DNA of 60,327 bases from a virus (taxonomy: Duplodnaviria > Caudoviricetes). A model generated the notes under the pieces. That model searched no databases and was not told where the DNA came from. It saw only the letters and a program-made list of their open reading frames with translations. The translations under genes were made by a program, and so were the position numbers. Positions 29,520-37,689 of this stretch are shown here, one piece after another; position 1 is the stretch's first letter; each line of letters begins with the position of its first letter. The stretch covers positions 1 to 60,327 of IMG/VR virus record IMGVR_UViG_3300032288_004972; one strand, given 5' to 3'.

Positions 29520-30613
29520 AAATGCAAATCGAACGCGCTCCCGTCACGGCCCAACTGGAATGGTACGGTTCCATCACCCAGATCAAAAAGGCATGGGAGG
29601 TTTCCCGGCCTGCGGATTTCGATCCGAAAATCGAGAACATCCTCAAGATGGACGTTCCGGTCAATGAGTTTTTGCAATTGCAGTTCGCCGTCACTGCGCC
29701 GGTGCTGGTCCGTGAAGTCATTTGCTCCATGCGCAATCATGTCGTTTGGGCGCGCTCAAGCCGCGTCGACGACCTCACGCATTGGAAGGTCGCCCACACT
29801 GTCACAGAAGACCAATTTTTTGAATTGCAGATCAAGCACGGAAGGATGATGCACGAAATGAAATCGCATCATCAGGACGACTTCCGCCGTCTGTTGCCGC
29901 TGGCCTACATGACCACGTTCAGTTTTCAAATGTCGGTGCGTGACTTTGTGCGATTCTCGATCTGGGCAGAGCGGACGAGGAACGTGGTTTTGTACGTTTT
30001 CTGCAAGCGCTGCCTGACGGCGCTTGAGGAGGCGCTGCCGGTCCTCGCGTCATGGATTGATGATTTGGTTCGTGACGGCGCGTATTCTGTCGGGGAATTG
30101 TTGCCGCGTCCATCTTCGCAAGACAATGCGCGGCTCGGCGCTTTCATCGGCATCACCAGCAAGGTCCCTCTTGGACTCAGGGCGCAATTCATCCGTCACC
30201 GGGCGATCATGATTGCCGACAATTTCGCGGACTACCTCGCTCCAGAATATATGACGGCCGACATGACGGCGCTCGTTGATTTGCAAGCAGTTATGCATGA
30301 GGATTTCGCCATTCAGCTTGTTCGCAAGCGCAGTTGCTGGATTGCGCAGACGGATTTGTGGAAGCCGATCATTGGCCAGCTTTCCACGTTCATCGCGACG
30401 GACCAAGCGCTCCCTTGTTACGACGGCCAATGCCGGTTCAAGAGAGACAATGACCTGCGCAAGGCGGACAAAGATCCTTCGCCGCCCTGCCCCGTTGCGG
30501 CCCGGTTGCATGGCGAACGGATGAAGCCATTGCATGCCATCGCAGCATATGACTACGCTGAAAACCGCCCCAACAAGAACTTCTGGATGGAGGAGATCGA
30601 CAATGTTGCGTGA
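29516..30613 (+). CDS. Tandem-duplicated, divergent ThyX (flavin-dependent thymidylate synthase)-like protein
   Basis: Domain 1 APVLVREVICSMRNHVVWARSSR and DFRRLLPLAYMTT; domain 2 RAQFIRHR and RSCWIAQ; Cys-rich tail. Confidence 0.72.
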   Translation: MKMQIERAPVTAQLEWYGSITQIKKAWEVSRPADFDPKIENILKMDVPVNEFLQLQFAVTAPVLVREVICSMRNHVVWARSSRVDDLTHWKVAHTVTEDQFFELQIKHGRMMHEMKSHHQDDFRRLLPLAYMTTFSFQMSVRDFVRFSIWAERTRNVVLYVFCKRCLTALEEALPVLASWIDDLVRDGAYSVGELLPRPSSQDNARLGAFIGITSKVPLGLRAQFIRHRAIMIADNFADYLAPEYMTADMTALVDLQAVMHEDFAIQLVRKRSCWIAQTDLWKPIIGQLSTFIATDQALPCYDGQCRFKRDNDLRKADKDPSPPCPVAARLHGERMKPLHAIAAYDYAENRPNKNFWMEEIDNVA

Positions 30614-31082
30614 ATTTATTTACGATGTTTATCTCGCAGGACCGTTTTTCACCGAAGAGCAAAAGTCTATCATGGACAGAGCGAAGCGGCTGCTGACGCA
30701 GCGCCGAATCGTTGTCGCAGATCCAAGAGACTTTTCACCGATCATTTCAGACATGACGGAAAAGCCGACGCCGGAGCTCTGCAAGGAAATCTACGACGGT
30801 AATATATACGCGATGAGCAACTCAGCTTGTTGCTTCGCGAACATTGACTTCAAGGACACCGGAACGTCTTTCGAGATGGGTTGGTTCGCCTCGAGGCGCA
30901 GACCAATCTTAACTTTCTCATTCAAGGGCGCTGAGGCGAACGTCATGCTCGCTCAATCATCGAAGGGTCATGTTTCTTCCGCACCGGATTTCGAGAATTT
31001 TGTATGGGACGCAGAGCCGCTGATTCGTAACCAGACGCTCGAGACGCTCGGCGTTCTTCCGCTCGCGGAGGCGGACGAATGA
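30603..31082 (+). CDS. Nucleoside 2-deoxyribosyltransferase / dNMP N-glycosidase family
   Basis: VYLAGPFF and DTGTSFEMGW motifs. Confidence 0.88.
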   Translation: MLREFIYDVYLAGPFFTEEQKSIMDRAKRLLTQRRIVVADPRDFSPIISDMTEKPTPELCKEIYDGNIYAMSNSACCFANIDFKDTGTSFEMGWFASRRRPILTFSFKGAEANVMLAQSSKGHVSSAPDFENFVWDAEPLIRNQTLETLGVLPLAEADE

Positions 31083-31531
31083 AAGACCGCACTGTCATCT
31101 TCGACATTGACGGGACGCTCTCCGATGCGACGCACCGCCAGCCCTTGGCACAGACGCGCCAATGGGATGCGTTTCATGAGAAATGCCTCGAAGATCCCGT
31201 CATCGCGCCAATCGCGGATCTCATGCGATGGATGGCCGTCCGTTGCACCACGATTTTGCTGACAGGTCGCAACGAGCGGTTCCGACACCTGACAGTTCAG
31301 TGGCTCGAGCAGGCCGGGCTCGCAGGAATGTACGACAAACTTCTCATGCGTCCGGACAATGATTTCAGCGTTGATCATGACATGAAGATCGCAGCCATCG
31401 AAAAGCATTTCAAAAGCAAGGATGCTGCGCTCGAGACCGTTTGGTTCGTTGTTGAAGACAGGGACTCGGTTGTCGAGGCGCTTCGGAACTATGGGTTCAC
31501 TGTCCTTCAACCATGCACAGGGAGCTATTGA
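31079..31531 (+). CDS. HAD phosphatase (T4 PseT/PNKP phosphatase-domain-like)
   Basis: FDIDGTL, LTGR, LLMRP, VEDR motifs. Confidence 0.88.
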   Translation: MKDRTVIFDIDGTLSDATHRQPLAQTRQWDAFHEKCLEDPVIAPIADLMRWMAVRCTTILLTGRNERFRHLTVQWLEQAGLAGMYDKLLMRPDNDFSVDHDMKIAAIEKHFKSKDAALETVWFVVEDRDSVVEALRNYGFTVLQPCTGSY

Positions 31532-31545
31532 TTCGCAGGGAGAGA

Positions 31546-31737
31546 ATGATCATAGATTCGGAATCATCAACGCAAGGCAATAGTCAAGAAAGGCCCGTCA
31601 TAGAAATCGCGAAATTCGTTGACTGGATTATGCGGGAGATTTTCGATGACAGCGAGCCTGATGGCAGCGAGAACACGTCCTATCCTCAGCGTGAGGTCTT
31701 CTACAGATCGAGCAACAGCGCAACACTTTGGGCGTGA
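31546..31737 (+). CDS. Hypothetical protein
   Basis: GGGAG RBS; short acidic ORF. Confidence 0.4.
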   Translation: MIIDSESSTQGNSQERPVIEIAKFVDWIMREIFDDSEPDGSENTSYPQREVFYRSSNSATLWA

Positions 31738-31778
31738 CAGTCGGGAGAGACCGGCAGCCAACTTAGAAGGCCAGAAAT

Positions 31779-31991
31779 ATGAACGACCGCAGCAAGCCAA
31801 GAATGGACGCTAACGAAGCGCTCTCAAATGTCGGGAACGCCGTCAAAGTCTTTGGCGAGGATTACGAATATGTCGGCGCTTTGACTGCCGTCTTTACAAA
31901 AAGGCGCGGGGGCGGTGTCCGTGTCGTTGTCGAGGACGACAATGGGCGTCTTTTCATCCACAAGCCCGAAAACCTCCGTACCAACAAATAA
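31779..31991 (+). CDS. Small SH3-like beta protein, hypothetical
   Basis: VKVFGEDYEYVG...VRVVVEDDNGRLFIH. Confidence 0.55.
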   Translation: MNDRSKPRMDANEALSNVGNAVKVFGEDYEYVGALTAVFTKRRGGGVRVVVEDDNGRLFIHKPENLRTNK

Positions 31992-32000
31992 GGCCCCACA

Positions 32001-32354
32001 ATGGACGATATGCGCCGAGACGTTGAGATTAAAAACGCCGTTATCGAAAAGGCGACCATCACGTGCGGGGACCGTGGGATCCTAGACGCTTGGCTGATGC
32101 TGAACTATGGCGGCAGTGGGCAGGGCTTTGGTGGCTACGTGCTGTATTGCCCCAAGTCGTTCAGCCATCACAAAATTGAGTCTTTCGCCGGGCACCACAT
32201 CTTTCGCTGCATGGAAATTGCTGGCGTTACTGACTGGCACGCCATGCCGGGAAAGACGATCCGCGTAAAGATCGAGAACGGGTTAATTCGGGCAATCGGG
32301 CACATCGTAAAAGATGACTGGTTTTGCCCCAAGGAAGATTTTGCCAACCTCTGA
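32001..32354 (+). CDS. Hypothetical protein
   Basis: Clean ORF; GQGFGGY and IGHIVKDDWF motifs. Confidence 0.6.
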   Translation: MDDMRRDVEIKNAVIEKATITCGDRGILDAWLMLNYGGSGQGFGGYVLYCPKSFSHHKIESFAGHHIFRCMEIAGVTDWHAMPGKTIRVKIENGLIRAIGHIVKDDWFCPKEDFANL

Positions 32355-32382
32355 ACAACAAAGACCCCACAAGGAGCTATTG

Positions 32383-32703
32383 ATGAAAACCGTACCGCAA
32401 CTGCTGCGAGATGCAGCAGGGATCTATGAAGAGCGCAACAAACTTTACGGCGACAACTACAAGCGCTTCGGCGAAATCATGGCATTGCTTTTTCCGAACA
32501 ATGCGGAGCTCGCCTTTTCGAACGAGTTCAATCGTTTCGGAATTTTTGTGCAGATGGTCTCGAAGCTGACGCGCTACGCCGAAAACTTTGACCGGGGCGG
32601 ACATCGCGATTCGTTGGACGACCTCGCCGTTTATGCGATGATGCTACGCGAACTCGATGATGAGAATGCGGCGGCGGAAGTCGATCGGGAGCGTGGAAAG
32701 TGA
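32383..32703 (+). CDS. DUF6378 / nucleotide-modification-associated domain 1 (Nmad1)-like helical protein
   Basis: ERNKLYGD...KLTR...HRDSLDDLAVYAMM pattern. Confidence 0.72.
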   Translation: MKTVPQLLRDAAGIYEERNKLYGDNYKRFGEIMALLFPNNAELAFSNEFNRFGIFVQMVSKLTRYAENFDRGGHRDSLDDLAVYAMMLRELDDENAAAEVDRERGK

Positions 32704-33233
32704 AATTTCCAGCTCCGTTTATCCAAGTGGGATCTTGTATTGCAAGATGCAAGGGGAAACATCGCTATGCTCCTAAAACGGAGACTTATCAGAAGGACGA
32801 TTATGTTCGAATCATATTTAATGGAGAAAGATGGAGCGCGCACAGGCTAAGTTTTTCTCTTAATGTTGAAAAAATTCCAAGACGCCCGAACTCGAAAAAG
32901 GAAGGGCTTGTTCTTCATACTTGTGATAATAAATGGTGCATCAATCCTGATCATTTATATCTTGGAACCTCGAAGCAGAACGCCATTGACAATGCAGAGA
33001 GAAATATTGAGTGGAGAAGAAAGAGGTCCGAGATCCAAAAAAGGATTGGAGCTCCAAAGGAATCAGGATTCAAGATTTATTGGGAGAGGGTGGGTCTCGG
33101 AGAGCGCTCCGAGTTTATTAAAAGAAGGCAAAAGATATTTGCAGAAAAGTATCTATCCGACAATGATTTTTTAAAGAGAAGAGCGAGGGCGACGAAAGAA
33201 GGCTGGAGAAGAAGGAAGGAGGAGTTAAAATGA
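32700..33233 (+). CDS. HNH homing endonuclease
   Basis: AHRLSF, VLHTCDNKWCINPDHLYLGTSKQN; visibly AT-richer than flanks. Confidence 0.9.
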   Translation: MKFPAPFIQVGSCIARCKGKHRYAPKTETYQKDDYVRIIFNGERWSAHRLSFSLNVEKIPRRPNSKKEGLVLHTCDNKWCINPDHLYLGTSKQNAIDNAERNIEWRRKRSEIQKRIGAPKESGFKIYWERVGLGERSEFIKRRQKIFAEKYLSDNDFLKRRARATKEGWRRRKEELK

Positions 33234-33757
33234 AAACTCTTGTCATAGATTGTGAAACTACGGGCCTCGTCAAGAACCGGCTCGTGCCGTTGGCTCGTCA
33301 GCCGAAGGTCATTGAGCTTTTCGGCCTGACAGTCGAAGAAGAGGACGAGGTGCTCGCGTTCTCAAGCCTTTTCAATCCCGGACACGGGGTTGATGCCGAC
33401 ACGACCCGCATCACCGGCATCACCGACAACATGCTTGCGGAAGCCGAATCGTTTGCCGAAAAAGCACAGGCAATCAAAGACGCCATCGAGCGCCATGATG
33501 AAGTCGTCGCTCACAACTTGAGCTTCGATAAAACGATGATCGACCTTGAGATGGAGCGCGTCGGGTTGACGATTGAATGGCCGCAACTCATTTGCACTGT
33601 TGAAGCGACGGTGCACTTGAAAGGCCATCGATTGAACCTGAATGCGCTGCACCATTTTCTTTTCGACGAGGAATTCACCGGCGCGCACCGGGCGGAAAAC
33701 GACGTGCGTGCACTTGCCCGCTGTTTCAAAGAGCTCAGGAAAAGGGGGATCGTATGA
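33230..33757 (+). CDS. DEDDh 3'-5' exonuclease (DnaQ/epsilon-like)
   Basis: DCETTG, AHNLSFD, AHRAEND. Confidence 0.9.
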   Translation: MKTLVIDCETTGLVKNRLVPLARQPKVIELFGLTVEEEDEVLAFSSLFNPGHGVDADTTRITGITDNMLAEAESFAEKAQAIKDAIERHDEVVAHNLSFDKTMIDLEMERVGLTIEWPQLICTVEATVHLKGHRLNLNALHHFLFDEEFTGAHRAENDVRALARCFKELRKRGIV

Positions 33758-34191
33758 ATTGGAATGATTATTTCATGAACTTTGCACACATGGCGAAGTT
33801 CAAATCAAAAGACAGCACGCAGGTGGGGGCAATCCTTGTTGGGCCGGAGAACGAGATCCGGTTGACGGGGTTCAACGGACCGCCCAAGGGCGTGAAGGAA
33901 ACGGACGAGCGCCGCGAGCGCCCGACGAAATATCTCTACACTTCACACGCGGAAGAGAATTTGATCGCCTTCGCAGCACGAGAAGGAATTCGCACGAACG
34001 GATGCACCGTTTATGTCACGCACATGCCTTGCGCCCGTTGTGCCCGCACGCTCATTCAAGCGGGCGTGAAGAGGATCGTTTACGACGCGGGGAACACTTC
34101 CATGCCCACGGAGGAATTCAAAGCAGCCGAAGAAATGTTTTTCGAAGCGCGTATCTCTGTCACTCCATTCGCCTCCAAGGAGGAAAAATGA
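33754..34191 (+). CDS. dCMP deaminase
   Basis: SKD..TQVGA, GFNG, HAEEN, PCARC. Confidence 0.92.
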   Translation: MNWNDYFMNFAHMAKFKSKDSTQVGAILVGPENEIRLTGFNGPPKGVKETDERRERPTKYLYTSHAEENLIAFAAREGIRTNGCTVYVTHMPCARCARTLIQAGVKRIVYDAGNTSMPTEEFKAAEEMFFEARISVTPFASKEEK

Positions 34192-34358
34192 ACCTCGCCA
34201 TCGCCTTTTGCATTCTCGGGAGTGCGCTTTTCACGCTCGTCGGAACTGTGTTCGATTGGTTCGATGGCAAATGGTCTCCGCTCGATGTTTTGTTCATCAC
34301 GACGGGCTCCGCCGTTTCCATCGTCTTCATTCTGTCAACCTTGTTTGGGCTGAAATGA
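34188..34358 (+). CDS. Small two-TM membrane protein
   Basis: MNLAIAFCILGSALF...; AAGGAGG RBS; 4-bp overlaps with both neighbours. Confidence 0.6.
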   Translation: MNLAIAFCILGSALFTLVGTVFDWFDGKWSPLDVLFITTGSAVSIVFILSTLFGLK

Positions 34359-37246
34359 TAAGGGTTCGCACGGGCTACAGCTTCCGCGTTGCCGCCGGAA
34401 TGATTGACGATGTCATGAGCCGCCTCGTTGAGGTTGGGGCGGCTTATGCACCAATTTCAGATCGCGCCAGCACATTCGGCTGGGTGCGCTGGTCCAAGCT
34501 CGCCAAAAAACATGGACTCAAGCCGCTCTTCGGCGTTGAGCTCGCGGTCAGCCCTTCAATCCATGCGAAAAAACCCAGCACAGACCATTGGACCTTTTTC
34601 CCGAAGCAGGACATCGCTTCCATCAATGAGCTCGTGCACCTCGCCACGTCGCAGTTCCGCTACGAGCCGCTGCTTTCCCTTGAGCAGGCCCTTTCAGCGC
34701 CGGGCTGTTTCAAGATAATTGGCAACCGCACGCCGCTCACGGACATCGATCCGGCCTTGTTGCAGCGCGACGACGTTTTCCTTGCGCTCTCGCCCTCCTG
34801 CGCAAAGGGCTACGTCGCGCAAGCGCTGGACCTCGGCCTCAAACTCGTGGCCTCTTCGGACAACAAATTCATCCGTCCTGACGACGAGGGGTTCTACGAA
34901 GTTTTGTGCGGGCGCGGCGCATCGACCCAGACCTATCCGCAGCATATAATGGGCCTGCAGGAGTGGGAAAAATCTGTGGGGAGGATCGCCCCTCCCGACG
35001 CAATTCAGGCTTCCATGGCCGCTGCAAGCGATCTGGCGGCCCTCGTCAAGGGGGAGCTCAGGCAAGCGAAAGTTCTGACGCCGGAAAAGCCGAAGACCCT
35101 TGAGCAGATGTGCCGTGAGGGCGCGGAAAAGCTCGGCGTCGACCTCACCGATCCGGTTTATGCCGCGCGGCTGAAGCGCGAACTGGACATGATTGCGCTC
35201 AAGGAGTTTGAGGACTATTTCTACATTATTGCGGACCTGATGGAATTCGCACGCAAGGTCATGCTCTGCGGCCCGGCGCGCGGGTCCAGCTGCGGATCGC
35301 TGGTTTGCTATCTCCTCCGCATCACGTCCATTGACCCCTTGAAGTGGGGCTTGCTGTTCGAGCGCTTCATCGACATCACGCGCAACGACCTGCCGGACAT
35401 CGACTTGGACTTCTCGGACCAGAAGCGCGACATGGTTTTCGAATACATGGAGAAGAAATATGGACGCGACCACGTGGCGCGGCTCGGTACGGTGGCGCTA
35501 TTCAGACCTCGATCCGCAATTGACGAAGCCGGAACTGCTCTGGGGGTTCCCCGTTGGCTCTGCGACAAGATGCTCGACGGACTCATCGTGCGTTCCGGCG
35601 GCGACTCCCGCGCCCTGCAAACGCTCGAAGACACATTCAACGAAACGGCTGCGGGCCGCGAGCTCCTCGGCAAGCATCCTGAAATTCTCGTCGCTGCAAA
35701 GATGGAAGGCCATCCACGGCATTTCTCGCAGCACGCTGCCGGGATCGTCGTCACTGAAAGGCCCGTCACGGATTTCGTCGCTGTGGACGCACGCACAGGC
35801 GCGACGCATTGCGACAAAAAAGATGCCGAAGAACTGAACCTGCTCAAGATCGACGCGCTCGGCCTGACGCAGCTGTCGGTTTTTGAGGACACGCTGGAGC
35901 TCGCCCGGCTGCCAATGGACTATCTTGAGAGAGCGCCGCTCGATGACCCGGCGGCAATCGCTGTCATCAACACGAAGCAATTCTCCGGCATTTTCCAGTT
36001 CAACGGACCGGCGCTGCAGTCAATCGTCAATCAAGTCAAGCTCAATTCACTTGAGGACATTGTTTCGACGACGGCGCTCGCTCGGCCGGGGCCGATGGCC
36101 GGGGGCTCGACGAATGAATGGGTCAAGCGCCGCAACGGCATCTCACCCATCACTTATCCTGATCCCATTTTCAAGCCATACCTTGAGCGCACGGCAGGCA
36201 TCATCACTTACCAAGAGCAGGTCATGCAAATCTGCCGCGAGGTTGGTGGCATGTCTTGGGAGGACGTTTCGGTCCTCCGCAAAGCAATGAGCAAGTCGCT
36301 CGGCAAAGAGTTTTTCGACCAATACGGAAACAAATTCAAGGAAGGCGCTGTCCGCAAGGGCATTGCTGCGGACGTGCTTGACAAGGTTTGGGACGAGCTT
36401 TGCGCTTATGGCGCGATGGGCTTCAATCAATCGCACTCTGTGGCCTATGGCATCATCAGCTATTGGTGTGCCTATCTCAAAGCGCACCACCCGGTTGAGT
36501 TCGCGGCGGCAACGCTCTCGCACGAGGGCGACCCGGCCAAGCAGATTATGATCCTGAGAGAAATGCATGCGGAGGGTGTGCCTTACGTTCCGGTCGACAT
36601 TGAATTCTCAACTGACAAGTGGACGGTTGGTTCCCGCGACGGAAAGAAATTTCTCGTCGGTCCCATCAGCAACGTGAAAGGCATCGGCCCAAAGATGGTG
36701 AATGCCATCCTTTCGGCGCGCGCACGCAAGGAGCCACTCCCCGCGAGGGCAGAGAAGCTGCTGACGAACGCCACGACGGAAATTGACAGCCTCTGGCCCA
36801 TCAAGGACGCCATTGCGCGCCTCATGCCGGACCCCTCAGCGCGGAACATTCATACGCCCCCGACGCCGGTCGTCGACCTGCAATGCCGCGCGACCGATTG
36901 GACGGCGCTGACTTTCGCCTTGGTGGATCAGATCAAGCCACGAGATGAGAACGAGGCCGTGAACGTCGCCAAGCGGGGCGGCAAGCGCGTGACAGGGCCG
37001 ACGACCTCGCTCAACTTGACGATCCGCGACGACACCGACAGAATTTTCGGCAAGATTGATCGCTTCAAGTTCGACAAGCTCGGTCAAGAGATCGTGGACC
37101 GTGGCAAGGCAGGCAAAGCGATCTATGCATTCAAAGGGACAGTGCCGCGCGGGTTCCGCATGATGCGGATCGAGGCTGTGCGGTTCATCGGTTTCGTCGA
37201 CGGTTCGACGGAAGAGCGCAAGGAAGAGGAAAGCGTCAATGGCTGA
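34355..37246 (+). CDS. dnaE: DNA polymerase III alpha subunit (family C)
   Basis: GPARGS, LLFERF, PDIDLDF, HAAGIVV, LLKIDALG, YQEQVM, FNQSH; PHP His motif replaced by RVRTGYS. Confidence 0.95.
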   Translation: MIRVRTGYSFRVAAGMIDDVMSRLVEVGAAYAPISDRASTFGWVRWSKLAKKHGLKPLFGVELAVSPSIHAKKPSTDHWTFFPKQDIASINELVHLATSQFRYEPLLSLEQALSAPGCFKIIGNRTPLTDIDPALLQRDDVFLALSPSCAKGYVAQALDLGLKLVASSDNKFIRPDDEGFYEVLCGRGASTQTYPQHIMGLQEWEKSVGRIAPPDAIQASMAAASDLAALVKGELRQAKVLTPEKPKTLEQMCREGAEKLGVDLTDPVYAARLKRELDMIALKEFEDYFYIIADLMEFARKVMLCGPARGSSCGSLVCYLLRITSIDPLKWGLLFERFIDITRNDLPDIDLDFSDQKRDMVFEYMEKKYGRDHVARLGTVALFRPRSAIDEAGTALGVPRWLCDKMLDGLIVRSGGDSRALQTLEDTFNETAAGRELLGKHPEILVAAKMEGHPRHFSQHAAGIVVTERPVTDFVAVDARTGATHCDKKDAEELNLLKIDALGLTQLSVFEDTLELARLPMDYLERAPLDDPAAIAVINTKQFSGIFQFNGPALQSIVNQVKLNSLEDIVSTTALARPGPMAGGSTNEWVKRRNGISPITYPDPIFKPYLERTAGIITYQEQVMQICREVGGMSWEDVSVLRKAMSKSLGKEFFDQYGNKFKEGAVRKGIAADVLDKVWDELCAYGAMGFNQSHSVAYGIISYWCAYLKAHHPVEFAAATLSHEGDPAKQIMILREMHAEGVPYVPVDIEFSTDKWTVGSRDGKKFLVGPISNVKGIGPKMVNAILSARARKEPLPARAEKLLTNATTEIDSLWPIKDAIARLMPDPSARNIHTPPTPVVDLQCRATDWTALTFALVDQIKPRDENEAVNVAKRGGKRVTGPTTSLNLTIRDDTDRIFGKIDRFKFDKLGQEIVDRGKAGKAIYAFKGTVPRGFRMMRIEAVRFIGFVDGSTEERKEEESVNG

Positions 37247-37448
37247 ATATATCATGGTTGTGGTGAATGACTCCAAGACTGTCATCGCGAAAAAGATGCC
37301 GGGGCAAAAGGCGCGCTACCGCACGTTTGCTTCCGTGCCTTCTCAATCGAATGCGCAGTGGATGGTGGATGCGTTGAATGAGAAGCATGCCTTTGAATAC
37401 GTCACCGGCAAGGATGAGGAGAAAACAGATGTTGTCAAAAACGCATAG
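37239..37448 (+). CDS. Hypothetical protein
   Basis: Short ORF coupled to dnaE. Confidence 0.5.
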   Translation: MAEYIMVVVNDSKTVIAKKMPGQKARYRTFASVPSQSNAQWMVDALNEKHAFEYVTGKDEEKTDVVKNA

Positions 37449-37674
37449 CCCTGAACGCCAGAAGGTCATGAGTCAAGTGGGGCAGAAGATCGGAGATCAA
37501 TGCCTCAGCAAACTCGACATGAACGAGACGCTCGGGCTTTTGCTCGGGCTCATCGTCAGTTTCGTCGTCGTCGAGTTTGACGACCCGGAAGCGCAAGCAG
37601 GCATTCTTGAGAATATCTGCAATGAAATTTGTCGGTTGCATTCAGAGCACATGAAAGAAAAAAGCACAAGTTGA
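37429..37674 (+). CDS. Hypothetical protein
   Basis: GAGGAG RBS; short helical ORF. Confidence 0.5.
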   Translation: MLSKTHSPERQKVMSQVGQKIGDQCLSKLDMNETLGLLLGLIVSFVVVEFDDPEAQAGILENICNEICRLHSEHMKEKSTS

Positions 37675-37689
37675 GGCTTGGGGACAACA

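Noticed and set aside
28896-34191. 7-deazaguanine or hydroxymethylcytosine pathway
   Set aside because: No FolE/QueCDE/DpdA or ThyA-fold hydroxymethylase motifs seen
32700-37246. Intron or intein associated with the HNH or dnaE
   Set aside because: HNH sits between intact genes; DnaE motifs are contiguous with no splice-junction signature
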